Shown piece after piece: positions 9,923 through 19,931 of a DNA stretch of 64,000 bases. Every line of letters starts with the position of its first letter. Within the stretch, counting starts at the first letter, position 1. Made by a program: the position numbers and the translations under genes. The stretch is from Barthelona sp. PCE. Lineage: Eukaryota. The DNA lies in NCBI GenBank assembly GCA_040285745.1, contig JAUFOR010000004.1:124001-188000 (forward strand), given 5' to 3'. Under the pieces are notes generated by a model. That model saw only the letters and a program-made list of their open reading frames with translations, did not search any database and was not told the origin of the DNA.

Positions 9923-11221
9923 ATGACAGGCAATACTCGGGAAAGATCGTTTTCGGACGTTTCTGCGGGTTCTGACTTGACAGATAACGAATACGAACGT
10001 CTCATTGAAGATACTAATCCTTTGTTACAGTCAAGGAATGATTCTTCTTCTTCTCGCATGAAATGTTATTGTATAGTCATTATGATCATTATTATTCTTG
10101 TCGTTGTTCTGTTCAGACTTCTTTCAAGCTACTCTGGATTTTCTCCAACTATTGTTTCAGTGGGTATTATCACAAGACACGGTGACAGGGCTCCGCTCAC
10201 CGATTTTGGGCTTAAGAAATCAAACACAGACTTCATCTGCACATTAGAGGAATACTTTTATGAAACTGCTGAGTTTCTTCCTCAATATAACCGTAGATTC
10301 AGAAGGATTATGAAGCATGGTGACGAATGGCTGCCAGGAAATTGTTACCCTGGCCAATTAACAGAGAAGGGAGCAGCACAACATAGAAGTTTGGGCAACC
10401 ATCTCCGTATGCTTTATGGAGATATCATTAACAAGGGAAGGTGGCATGTGCGCTCCTCAGACGTTCCCAGAACACGTGATTCTGCTGCAAACCTCATGAA
10501 GGGTTTGTTACCACCTCAACATTACCCCCGACTTCGCATCAACGTTGAGCAAATTGAGCCTCCACGCGACCCCATCCACGCCAACGGTAACATGTGCCCT
10601 CGCCTTCAGGTCGAGTGGGACGCAGCGCTGGCAAGCGAGACATACGTTAAAGAAGATGAGAAGTACGCTGATGTACGTAACTCGATTGAGACCTTTTTTG
10701 AAAAGTCATTCGAGGACAAGTGGGAGCACGTTCATGACTGGTTCGTGTGCTCTCAATCGTTCGGGCATACACTTCCAACTTTTGTGAACAAGGAGATGCT
10801 TGATGTAGTCGATCATATGGCTGCGTTCAGAAACTTTTACATTAATGAGAGCCCTAAGGCACGCTCTCTAACCGCAGCGTCTGTCATGCGAGACTTCCTC
10901 GATCACCTGAACAAGGTTGTTGTTGGAGGAGATGATTTAACCTTTGTTTTCTTCAGCGGGCACGATTCAACCCTCATTCCTTTACAACTATTCCTTGGGG
11001 TTGATGAGTATCAGTGGCCTAACTACGCATCTCACTTCAGGTTTGAGTTGTCAAAGTTCAATGACGAGCATTATGTTCGATTTTTATTTAATGAGAAGAT
11101 CTATATCCCTGATTTTTGTGACATAAAACCCGATAATTGGTGCACATTTGACTCTCTCTCGAGCTATGTATACAGCCATGCTCCTAGAGATTACTATGAA
11201 GCATGTCATGAGAGCGCTTAG
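9923..11221 (+). CDS. Histidine acid phosphatase (branch 2), type II membrane protein, probably lysosomal
   Basis: RHGDRAP catalytic motif, GQLTEKG, RSS..RT, SGHD; N-terminal TM helix preceded by YERL and EDTNPLL sorting-like motifs. Confidence 0.92.
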   Translation: MTGNTRERSFSDVSAGSDLTDNEYERLIEDTNPLLQSRNDSSSSRMKCYCIVIMIIIILVVVLFRLLSSYSGFSPTIVSVGIITRHGDRAPLTDFGLKKSNTDFICTLEEYFYETAEFLPQYNRRFRRIMKHGDEWLPGNCYPGQLTEKGAAQHRSLGNHLRMLYGDIINKGRWHVRSSDVPRTRDSAANLMKGLLPPQHYPRLRINVEQIEPPRDPIHANGNMCPRLQVEWDAALASETYVKEDEKYADVRNSIETFFEKSFEDKWEHVHDWFVCSQSFGHTLPTFVNKEMLDVVDHMAAFRNFYINESPKARSLTAASVMRDFLDHLNKVVVGGDDLTFVFFSGHDSTLIPLQLFLGVDEYQWPNYASHFRFELSKFNDEHYVRFLFNEKIYIPDFCDIKPDNWCTFDSLSSYVYSHAPRDYYEACHESA

Positions 11222-11257
11222 TAAATGAAATTCATTTTTTTACTCTTTCCTCTGTAC

Positions 11258-12550
11258 ATGAATATTTATGGGCAAGTCCACAGTGTGCAGTTTGGTACAT
11301 TTGATGCTGTGGAGTTTGTTAAAGTGAATGGGCCATTTAAAGATATCTTTACAAAAAAGCGAGGTTCAGTGTTAAATTTAGTGAAAACTGAAACTGAAAT
11401 TGCTGACAAACCGGACGAAAAGCTGAGTTTAGCTGATAGAATTAAACAAAAGACAGGGTTTAAGAGTATTCTTTATAAGAAAGAAAAAACTGAGGTTGTT
11501 CACTCAACACCACTTTTTGAAAATCTTTTGCGACATAGGCTTTCTCAAATTCTCGATTCAAAGATCAGAAGAGTCAGTAGACGATTGGTACCAAAAGGTT
11601 ATCATAATCCCAGCGCATTTTGCTACGCTCATGCTATTTTACAATGTTTAATGAGTTCCAATTATTTCTGCGACTTTATCATGAACTTGCTAACACCTAT
11701 CACCGAAGATGATAGAGTTTTTGTGAATGATCTAAGTAATGATGCTTTTAATCGATTTTTACGTAAAGAATACCCGGTTCTTTTCCACTTCTTTTTGCTC
11801 AAGTCGTTGGAGACCAACTTTCCTCACATGCTCTCTGGCGATGCATTGAAGTTCTTCCATTCCTATATGATGTCAGGACCACAGGATGCAAGCGAATTGT
11901 TAACCAAAATTCTGCAAGACTTTGCTAACGAACTACACAGCATTGATGAGCTGCTATCAACCCAAAGCGAAGATCTGGGATTGTGGCAAATTTCGAAAGG
12001 CAATGGACGATTCTATAGAACTGAAAAGCGTAATGCCGTTGTTGAAGATATTTTTACTATTGTTGTTGATAAACACGTTCACAACCGCCAAACAGGAGCA
12101 AAGTCGACAATCCGCGAGCACCTAAAAATGCTGTACTGCTACGATCTGCGTCACACATTGGAGGAAACTCTTGAAAGTGTATTTGCATCAGAGGAGATAG
12201 GTGAGACCATCGTTTCCTACACAATTGTTCATGTGCCAGAAATCGTCGTCATAGTATTCAATCGCATCAAGTGGGAGAATGGACTGGTGAAGAATCGTCA
12301 AGTGGTAGAGTACAGCTACAGAGAGGAAATTTTCGAGAATGTACGTTATCTTTCTGGTGTTGTGTACCACCGTGGCGAGTTGGAAGAGATGGGGCACTAC
12401 TTTACAAATGTACTCCGTTCAACCCCTGAAGAATGTAACGTATTCAACGTCAATGATTCGGTTGTTAAACCAGTAAGTTTGTTTGAAGGAGATGATTTAG
12501 GAGATATTGCTTTATTGTTCTATGAGAAAAAGATTGATATGAGCAGTTGA
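11258..12550 (+). CDS. Ubiquitin carboxyl-terminal hydrolase (USP, peptidase C19)
   Basis: Cys box GYHNPSAFCYAHAILQCL, QDASE, His box VVYHRG....GHY, NDSVV. Alternative ATG at 11225. Confidence 0.88.
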   Translation: MNIYGQVHSVQFGTFDAVEFVKVNGPFKDIFTKKRGSVLNLVKTETEIADKPDEKLSLADRIKQKTGFKSILYKKEKTEVVHSTPLFENLLRHRLSQILDSKIRRVSRRLVPKGYHNPSAFCYAHAILQCLMSSNYFCDFIMNLLTPITEDDRVFVNDLSNDAFNRFLRKEYPVLFHFFLLKSLETNFPHMLSGDALKFFHSYMMSGPQDASELLTKILQDFANELHSIDELLSTQSEDLGLWQISKGNGRFYRTEKRNAVVEDIFTIVVDKHVHNRQTGAKSTIREHLKMLYCYDLRHTLEETLESVFASEEIGETIVSYTIVHVPEIVVIVFNRIKWENGLVKNRQVVEYSYREEIFENVRYLSGVVYHRGELEEMGHYFTNVLRSTPEECNVFNVNDSVVKPVSLFEGDDLGDIALLFYEKKIDMSS

Positions 12551-12555
12551 AATGA

Positions 12556-14595
12556 TTAAAACATGTCGAGATTCAGTGTGAATTCAAAAGTATCCTTGGG
12601 GTGGTAGTAATTGTAGGAATTGAACTGATGCTCTGTTCCATCCTTGTGCTCCACTATGGCTTCATCTTCTTCACTACTACGGTATTCTTCGACTTCATAA
12701 TCGTTGAAGTCGAAAAGTTCCGTTTCATTAGGCTGATGTTGAACTGTTTCCATGCTAAAAAAATCGTTTTCAACAACAATTTCATTCTTTGTAGTACCTG
12801 CAGCGCTTGCTTTCCACTTAATACTGAACGGTTTGAGGTCGTCTTCGGAGTTCTTAACCGTTGTGGTAGGTTCAAAGAAATTATCAACGGTGATTTTCGG
12901 ATTTTCATCTGTTTTTGGACTCATCACCTGAGGTGACACGGGGCTTTGGAGAGGGCTTGCTGATAGCGCGGTATCAAATTGAATGTCTAAATCGGTATCA
13001 AGAGGATCTCGGCTTGAGAAGTTTGTTCGGAATATTCCCATATCGGCGGTGTTTTGTGGGGACATTTTCTCTACATCCATCTCCTCTTCGCTTGAATACT
13101 CATCAGAATCTGAATCATCACTTGAATTAATATCCATATTAACGAGTATATGGGATTCGTTCTTATATTCGATACTTGTAATGGAAGTTGAGTAAATTAC
13201 CGACTCAATTCTTTCGTTCAGCGTGATTGCAAGAATATCACCCTTTGACGCAATGTCCTCCGAGAGAACAGCACGGAAATCATGGAATAAATTTTGTAGG
13301 GTACTAAAGTTGTTGTTTTTATAATTCATCTCACTTAGACACTCTACAATACGACAAAACAGATTAATGTCGTTCACTAAGTAATTGATATACTCCACTT
13401 CATCTTCCAAAATAACGTTCTCGAAAAAATGCTCAAGACTAATGAGAAGAAGGGTGGCATCTTTCATATCAAAAAGCATATCAGCAAAAATACCCACAAT
13501 TCCAGATTCGATGATGCGCATGGCAAGGTGGATCGTTCCAATATCTTCGAAATACAGTGAAAGGAGGTTAACACATTCAGGGAGGTAGACTTGGTTGAAT
13601 GCGTAAGGGGTGCAACCTGTAATCCTGACAGTTGATACATTGTCAATGAACTCATGCTCGTTCTTTACCAGACTGATGATATGCGGAAGCAAGAAGTCGA
13701 GAATATCAAAGAAGACCGGACGCACTTCCTCTTCAAAAAAGACGCTGTTTTTATCAACCAGTCGCATTATACTGTAGTCATTATCGAACCCACTGGAATA
13801 CACAGAGTATATATCCTTGAAATGGAATCTACTGATGAGCATACGCAGAAAATCAAAGAAAAATCTGATTGTTGAGATCTTTTTGAATTTCTGAAAGAAA
13901 ATCTTAATGTTTTCAAAACTAAGGAAGGGCTCTAGACTTAAACAAGTTAAATATGGAGAAAAATAAATTGCAAGTTTTAACATTCTGAAAATTTCCTTTT
14001 CCAAGAAGTAGTCTTCACCATACTGTTCAAGAAGGGATATGGTAATATCAAAAAGAGACACATCCTCAAATATAACTTGTAATTCAGGTTCAGATCTAGT
14101 AATTATATCTATGTATAAAGAACAAATACATCCGTGATGGAAAAAATGAAGTAATTTTCTCAACAGATCATGTTCTCTAACAATTTCAACAATAAAGTCA
14201 ACCGTTGTTGCCAAGATTCGGAATACATTCGTAAAGTTTTCTGCATAAAGTGAAGGCAAAGTATCATGATTTAACATCTTGAAAAGACGTTCGGTGATAT
14301 CGAATTCCACAAACTTATCAGCCAATTTGACTGCCCCGATATCCAGAAGCAATACACATTTCTGTGAAAGCTGTGCAAAAAGGTCTGTAATGTGATCATC
14401 AGAAACAGGGTTCAGAGCATAGTTTAATATTTGCTCAAAGTGGCAGTCAACCCAATCAGTCACCGTTGTGTTACCAGATCTGAAGTCGTCGAGAAAATCT
14501 GCATGAACTACGATTTCTGAGAAGCTTTTGTCTTGGGTGATCAAACTCGACAGCTGAGGCCCGTTGCCATTGAAAAAGCTCTTAAACCACGTCAT
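12556..14595 (-). CDS. SAPS-domain (SIT4/PP6 regulatory subunit)-like helical repeat protein
   Basis: Helical N-terminal region resembling SAPS proteins (ILNYALNP, LYAENFTNVFRIL, LRKLLHFF), acidic low-complexity tail and terminal FNSYNYY. Alternative ATG at 14682. Confidence 0.6.
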   Translation of the reverse strand: MTWFKSFFNGNGPQLSSLITQDKSFSEIVVHADFLDDFRSGNTTVTDWVDCHFEQILNYALNPVSDDHITDLFAQLSQKCVLLLDIGAVKLADKFVEFDITERLFKMLNHDTLPSLYAENFTNVFRILATTVDFIVEIVREHDLLRKLLHFFHHGCICSLYIDIITRSEPELQVIFEDVSLFDITISLLEQYGEDYFLEKEIFRMLKLAIYFSPYLTCLSLEPFLSFENIKIFFQKFKKISTIRFFFDFLRMLISRFHFKDIYSVYSSGFDNDYSIMRLVDKNSVFFEEEVRPVFFDILDFLLPHIISLVKNEHEFIDNVSTVRITGCTPYAFNQVYLPECVNLLSLYFEDIGTIHLAMRIIESGIVGIFADMLFDMKDATLLLISLEHFFENVILEDEVEYINYLVNDINLFCRIVECLSEMNYKNNNFSTLQNLFHDFRAVLSEDIASKGDILAITLNERIESVIYSTSITSIEYKNESHILVNMDINSSDDSDSDEYSSEEEMDVEKMSPQNTADMGIFRTNFSSRDPLDTDLDIQFDTALSASPLQSPVSPQVMSPKTDENPKITVDNFFEPTTTVKNSEDDLKPFSIKWKASAAGTTKNEIVVENDFFSMETVQHQPNETELFDFNDYEVEEYRSSEEDEAIVEHKDGTEHQFNSYNYYHPKDTFEFTLNLDMF

Positions 14596-15005
14596 ATAAG
14601 TGGTAAAACCCTTTGAGAATAAGTTAAAAGACAGAAAACATTTCGTTTGATTAATATAACTTTGTTTACATGTTGAAGCCATATAAATAACTCAATGATC
14701 GCCGTTTTAAAGTACAAGAAAAGCATGCTCAGTTGAGGAATGTGTTTTTGTGTATTTGCTCTTATTTAGAAGTTTTTCGAATAATTGATTTAATTCCAAG
14801 TGTAAATTAACAATTTCAGTCTTTCTAGATATTTTAACCCATAATTTTGTTGTTCATTTCAAATGATTCCTTTTCTGGATTGTGTATTCAAATAACGCAA
14901 GACGTGTGATTTGAGACCTCAAAAAAACACTTGTTGCATAGTAACTCTTTAATAATTGAGCAAACTTACTTTTTTTTACTTCTTCTCTTTCTGTATTGCT
15001 TGAAC

Positions 15006-15230
15006 ATGAGTTATTTTGACAATATCTGGATGACTATGTTTGTGGTCATTGTTGTAGTATTCATATTGTGCATTATTTGTATTAATGCTTGTTGTGGAAC
15101 TCGCAAGCAACCTCAAACAAGCCAAGTGGTCATTTCTGGCTATCCCCAGGGACAAATTCCCCAAGGTTATCCACAGGGACAGCCTGCTGTTGTATATCAA
15201 CAATCAGCTCAACCCTATCCCACATATTAA
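15006..15230 (+). CDS. Small single-pass membrane protein (74 aa) with juxtamembrane Cys cluster and P/Q/G/Y tail
   Basis: MSYFDNIW, then a hydrophobic helix, CIICINACCG, and the repeat GYPQGQIPQGYPQGQP. Confidence 0.7.
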   Translation: MSYFDNIWMTMFVVIVVVFILCIICINACCGTRKQPQTSQVVISGYPQGQIPQGYPQGQPAVVYQQSAQPYPTY

Positions 15231-15485
15231 GAATTTTAGACATTTGGTTCGTTTTATTGTTGATAATTGTTATGATATAGAATGTTTTCTTTTGCATACG
15301 AAAAAACGAAATAAAATATTAATTTTCACGTTGTATTTTAATGGTTGCCAATATTTCTTTGGTGTACTCTGTTTTTAGCGGGTCAAAAATGCAGTTGCAC
15401 ACATAAGGTAACTCTTTCTACCTTCAAAATTTTGTTTTAGAAAATATCATCCATTTCATTCTATTTTAAGTAAGTCTCTGGTTTT

Positions 15486-17891
15486 ATGTCTTCAGATATT
15501 ACCGAAGTAGAATTATCACCACGAACAATTCAGGTTCAGGGAAATGAAAATTATTTTTCTGAGGATAATCCTCCTGATACTGTTGTTGTAAGTCAGGGTG
15601 AAAATGAGCAAGATATTGAGGAACAACCGGTTTCTGAGGTTGAGAAATTATCAGAAAAAGAAATTGCTGTGAAGATTGATTATATAAGGTTTGGAAACGG
15701 AGAGTTATCTGACAGTGATATTGAGGCTGTTTACGAGAGCAAGATCCCTCAACTCTCCGATTTTAGCCTAAATTTCAAAGGAATGATGCGTATGCTCTTG
15801 GTCTTGTTAATCTATTATGGTGCCTTAATTGAGCTTGTATTTGCACTCACACTTGTTATTAACATCACATTACAACCAGCTTATTCTTTGATCTATTTCT
15901 TACGTTTCCCTGAAGCAGAAAACAGTGGATTTTTTGCTGTTGCCAACGGTATTGGAATAATTATCATAATTATTGCTATTCCTCAAATTCTGTCTGCTGC
16001 CGTATCATTTACAGGTGCTATTTGGACCAAAAAGGGTTTCGAGCGAATTTTCTCAGTTCGTCTGTTGTCATGGTTGCCTCCTCTTGCAGGAAGAATTGTA
16101 CCTCAAAGAGTAGTTGAAAAGGGGGACTCAGATTACATTGGACAATGGTTAGTATTCATCATCTCTGTTGTGTACGCTTTCGTTGCTTGTATAATTGATA
16201 GTTTTACTGCTATTCTCACACATCTTTTGATGGGCTGTGTTCTCACAATGTGTTTCCTGAGTGTGTTTTTCATTGTTGAATACTTCTTGATTACTTATAC
16301 AAACATCGTTACAATTAATGCTGTTCTTGTTGGCTTCCACGTTACAGAGAACCGTTCATTGGTAAAGAAGTGTATTGAGAGAAAGGGACTCATCTTCAAA
16401 CTAATGATGATCAAGAATGAAGCATTCGAAGAAGAAGAAGATATTGAGCTTGGAGAAGTTCCCGCAGTGGACAGTGGCAAGAAGACCAAGACAAAGAAGC
16501 CTTTGGCATACCGTTCTCGTTGGAAATGCATGCCTCGCTTAGTATCATTCATCATTATTTCTCCTATCCTTGCCATCTTTTTCATTTGTCCTTTTTATGT
16601 GCTGTTTGATATATGGTCTGCACCAAAGAACAGAAAGCTGCGCCGTAGTAGCATCAAGTCTGTTGTATGGTTTTGGTTTATAATGTTGATGGGTCTCGTT
16701 TATACAGCAGCTGTATCTTTTGTTTTCTATGTCGTCTTCCAAAAGGCAACAAAAACAACTTCTCTCCTGGTAACAGTCATTGCCATCTGGCCATGTACCC
16801 CTTTCATATACTCGTTTTTGGCATCTTCAAAACGTTTGATGAAGGAAACAGCAAAGATCGGCTTTTTCTTCGGCATTATCATTGGCCTTGCTTTCCTCTT
16901 CTTTGCAGTCGGTGCAGGAACTTCACACACCAATGAGTATCCCGAGTTGGGTAACGCCACGCTTGGTGCCATGAACATGAGGAGTCACAATTTGCTAGAT
17001 TTCTCTGCTTGGATGGCAAGCTCTCCGTACCCTGATCTTGATCTTCCCGGTGCAGGCGAGTGGTCAGCCACTGATGCTGTCTCTATGCCGACGGCATACC
17101 CAATTTGTGGTTACACGTACTACAACATGAGCGTTATGGATTTCTTGGCGTTGTCTTACATTGCCTATGAACCATCCCTCTTTGTCGGATACCCTCCCTT
17201 GCAGAATGATGACTGGGAGGTCATTGGTCACGGTCCTGAAGACTATGATGGTTACTTCATCGACTACTATTCACCGAGTCGTAAACTCAGCATCATTGCA
17301 CTTCGTGGCACAAATAGTAACTGGGACATCATCCAAGACGCTTCAATCTATGGTGAGGCAGCCGTCCTTGAATTTGTCAACACCTTGTTCCCATTTGCAT
17401 CAATTTTACCGGAGCGTTACCAATCTTTCTTGGTCAAGTCCATGTCCTTTGTTGAAACTATATACGGTGACGATCTTAACTCATATGATGCGCCGATCGT
17501 AAATTACTACAATAACAGAACGTCAGTAGACATCGAGAGAACAGTATTTACAGGTCATTCTCTTGCTGGAGGTCTCGCTCAATTGGGTGCGGTGAAGACA
17601 GACAATAAGGCGATCGTATTCAGCTCACCTGGAATGCTCTTCACAAGCACAAAGTTTGATGTCGATTTCGGTGACTTGGAAAGCGTTACTGTTAACATTA
17701 ATCCCAGAGCAGATATTGTCGCTCGTGTTGACCATCCTGCAGGATGCACTCAGAGAATTGACTGTGATGCTTCTGCTCTTTCGGCAGTCGAATGCCACTT
17801 ATTGGGTAATACAATGGTTACAATGGGGAAAGCATGTATAAATAGTGATATTCTTTACTTCAGGGATCAGACAAAGACGTTATCTGTGTAA
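15486..17891 (+). CDS. Multi-pass membrane protein with C-terminal class 3 lipase (alpha/beta hydrolase) domain
   Basis: Many hydrophobic helices in the N-terminal 480 aa, then IIALRGT, nucleophile elbow TGHSLAGG, DIV (Asp) and ECH (His). Confidence 0.85.
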   Translation: MSSDITEVELSPRTIQVQGNENYFSEDNPPDTVVVSQGENEQDIEEQPVSEVEKLSEKEIAVKIDYIRFGNGELSDSDIEAVYESKIPQLSDFSLNFKGMMRMLLVLLIYYGALIELVFALTLVINITLQPAYSLIYFLRFPEAENSGFFAVANGIGIIIIIIAIPQILSAAVSFTGAIWTKKGFERIFSVRLLSWLPPLAGRIVPQRVVEKGDSDYIGQWLVFIISVVYAFVACIIDSFTAILTHLLMGCVLTMCFLSVFFIVEYFLITYTNIVTINAVLVGFHVTENRSLVKKCIERKGLIFKLMMIKNEAFEEEEDIELGEVPAVDSGKKTKTKKPLAYRSRWKCMPRLVSFIIISPILAIFFICPFYVLFDIWSAPKNRKLRRSSIKSVVWFWFIMLMGLVYTAAVSFVFYVVFQKATKTTSLLVTVIAIWPCTPFIYSFLASSKRLMKETAKIGFFFGIIIGLAFLFFAVGAGTSHTNEYPELGNATLGAMNMRSHNLLDFSAWMASSPYPDLDLPGAGEWSATDAVSMPTAYPICGYTYYNMSVMDFLALSYIAYEPSLFVGYPPLQNDDWEVIGHGPEDYDGYFIDYYSPSRKLSIIALRGTNSNWDIIQDASIYGEAAVLEFVNTLFPFASILPERYQSFLVKSMSFVETIYGDDLNSYDAPIVNYYNNRTSVDIERTVFTGHSLAGGLAQLGAVKTDNKAIVFSSPGMLFTSTKFDVDFGDLESVTVNINPRADIVARVDHPAGCTQRIDCDASALSAVECHLLGNTMVTMGKACINSDILYFRDQTKTLSV

Positions 17892-17902
17892 CACATGTAA
17901 AT

Positions 17903-19816
17903 TTACTGATTTTGCGATTGAAAATGTTTAACCAACTCATTCAGTGCATTTCTCACATTCAGCACTGTCCAAAAAACTCGTCCGTTCTTCTCTTCATGGT
18001 ACTTACAAAGACGCTCATCCTTGCCCATACTGGTTGCCAATACACGCAGCTCAGCTGGTGCCGTTGGATCCTGAGCTTCCTTCATCAGCTCAGATGCTGT
18101 TTGCTTCTGTATATCTGAAATGACACATTCGTAGCACTCTACAAGTAGCTCAACGGTACAGTACACTACCGTCATACGATGTTCACGTGGAATTAGATTA
18201 ACTTCCTTGAGAGATATTGCTTCGGACTGTACTTGGGCGCAGAAGCGATCCAGTGCTCGAGCTTCATCACTTATACTCGGACGATCACACTTCTCCTCTC
18301 CAGACAACGTTACGTAAATAGCGAGAAGTGATCTGGATAAAATCTTCTCAGTAAGTAATGATGCAAACGTTGTGCAAAGATGGTCAACAAAACTTTGAAA
18401 ACCTCCCCAAAAGCCATCTAATCCTTCATCGGGCGTGTGCTCGGCAACAACGTCCGCAAACCTAAGACTGTAAGCGATAGAAATGAGCGTCTTCTCAATC
18501 AATATGGAGCTCATCATTGCTTCAACGTTATCCATCAAAATATCTTCAAAAGCGTTAAACTGAACCTTGTGCTCATCACCCGTCAACCATTCGCCCGTGT
18601 ATATGCGTACCATCCTCTTGTATTGATCCAAAAACAGAACTGATCTTTCCGAAAAAATTGTCGCAACTGTGATTGGCTCTGTTTCAATACATGCATTTGT
18701 AAACACACGAAAGCGGTGTTCAAAGAGCTGCATCGTGCCATTTAGTTCTTGCAACACCAGATTGAAAAACTCTGGAGAGATTTCTCGAAAAGTTGCAGTA
18801 TAGAACAAACAAAAATTGATGCAGTTGAGAACACTTACCATGTCAGTGCTATCCTCTGCAATGTATCTTGCGAATATTGCGCTTATCAATTTAAACCTTT
18901 CAACAAGGTGCTGTACAAAGAAATCAAAGATTCTCTTGATATACTTGTTGATGTCACGATATTTAATAAAACGATGCAACGTTTCATGGGCGCTTTCTGC
19001 ATCAAGGTTCTCAAAAAGTCGTCGTATTTGAATGTAAAGCGTGTGCATCATCATAAAAAATTCATCAGGAGTGCTAACTTCAAAATATTCCCCAAAAAGA
19101 TTTGTAAAAATACATGAAAGTAGCTGCTCACTGTAAAACTCTCCGTCCATTAGGATGAAAAACTCCAACAACAAAAGATCACTGTCAATTGTCGTCCTCA
19201 ATAATATATCCACAATTGACTTTTCAAGAAATCGTTGGGTTGCATGCCTAAGGATTGTATCTAAACATTGTTTTCTCAGTTGGGCGAGCTCATCGAGTGT
19301 TTCAAATATAATACTGCTGAATAACTCAATGTTTGTCATCTGTTGTGCATTTGCAATAATTGTTTGCAAACGTTCGAACTCTGTTATGTATCTTAGATCG
19401 ACTGATTGACCTATCAATATCTCGACTGACTCGGGTTTGATTGTTATTGAACGTATTTTCTCGTTCAAACTGTTGAGCTCAGATTCACTTGTTGAAATAT
19501 CTTTTGTAAGCTTTTTCCATGAATCACGCAATGATGATAGCTTTTGTGGAAGCAAAATCAGCTTTCCGTGGATTCTTTGACATTCGTCTAATGTATCTTG
19601 AATGTGTTTGCGCAACAGGCTAAACTCCATGAAAGTATTTCGCAACTGGGTATTGATTTTAACAGCATTCTTCACGATAACTCCCCTTACCCGATTCCTG
19701 ACATCCCTTCTTGACATCTTTTTGACCCCATCGATATTCTGAAGCAAATTAAAGGTGTTGACAACATTATCATCAATGCTGAGCTGTAAAAGCTTTTCTG
19801 CCCTCTTGCCATTCAT
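17903..19816 (-). CDS. Conserved oligomeric Golgi complex subunit 6-like (CATCHR helical rod)
   Basis: N-terminal coiled coil SRRDVRNRVRG...KINTQL, ESVEILIGQSVD...LQTII...LDELAQL and C-terminal VELLVECYECV resemble COG6. ATG 19816 chosen over 20041 because it avoids a head-to-head overlap. Confidence 0.55.
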   Translation of the reverse strand: MNGKRAEKLLQLSIDDNVVNTFNLLQNIDGVKKMSRRDVRNRVRGVIVKNAVKINTQLRNTFMEFSLLRKHIQDTLDECQRIHGKLILLPQKLSSLRDSWKKLTKDISTSESELNSLNEKIRSITIKPESVEILIGQSVDLRYITEFERLQTIIANAQQMTNIELFSSIIFETLDELAQLRKQCLDTILRHATQRFLEKSIVDILLRTTIDSDLLLLEFFILMDGEFYSEQLLSCIFTNLFGEYFEVSTPDEFFMMMHTLYIQIRRLFENLDAESAHETLHRFIKYRDINKYIKRIFDFFVQHLVERFKLISAIFARYIAEDSTDMVSVLNCINFCLFYTATFREISPEFFNLVLQELNGTMQLFEHRFRVFTNACIETEPITVATIFSERSVLFLDQYKRMVRIYTGEWLTGDEHKVQFNAFEDILMDNVEAMMSSILIEKTLISIAYSLRFADVVAEHTPDEGLDGFWGGFQSFVDHLCTTFASLLTEKILSRSLLAIYVTLSGEEKCDRPSISDEARALDRFCAQVQSEAISLKEVNLIPREHRMTVVYCTVELLVECYECVISDIQKQTASELMKEAQDPTAPAELRVLATSMGKDERLCKYHEEKNGRVFWTVLNVRNALNELVKHFQSQNQ

Positions 19817-19931
19817 TTTGCACCGATTTGAAAGATTAAACTTTGTGAAAAGGATGTGAAAAGGATGAAAAATAGTGTTATACCTTTTATCATCTTTTTT
19901 ATAAAGGGGACTATATGTTAAAAGCTGGTAA

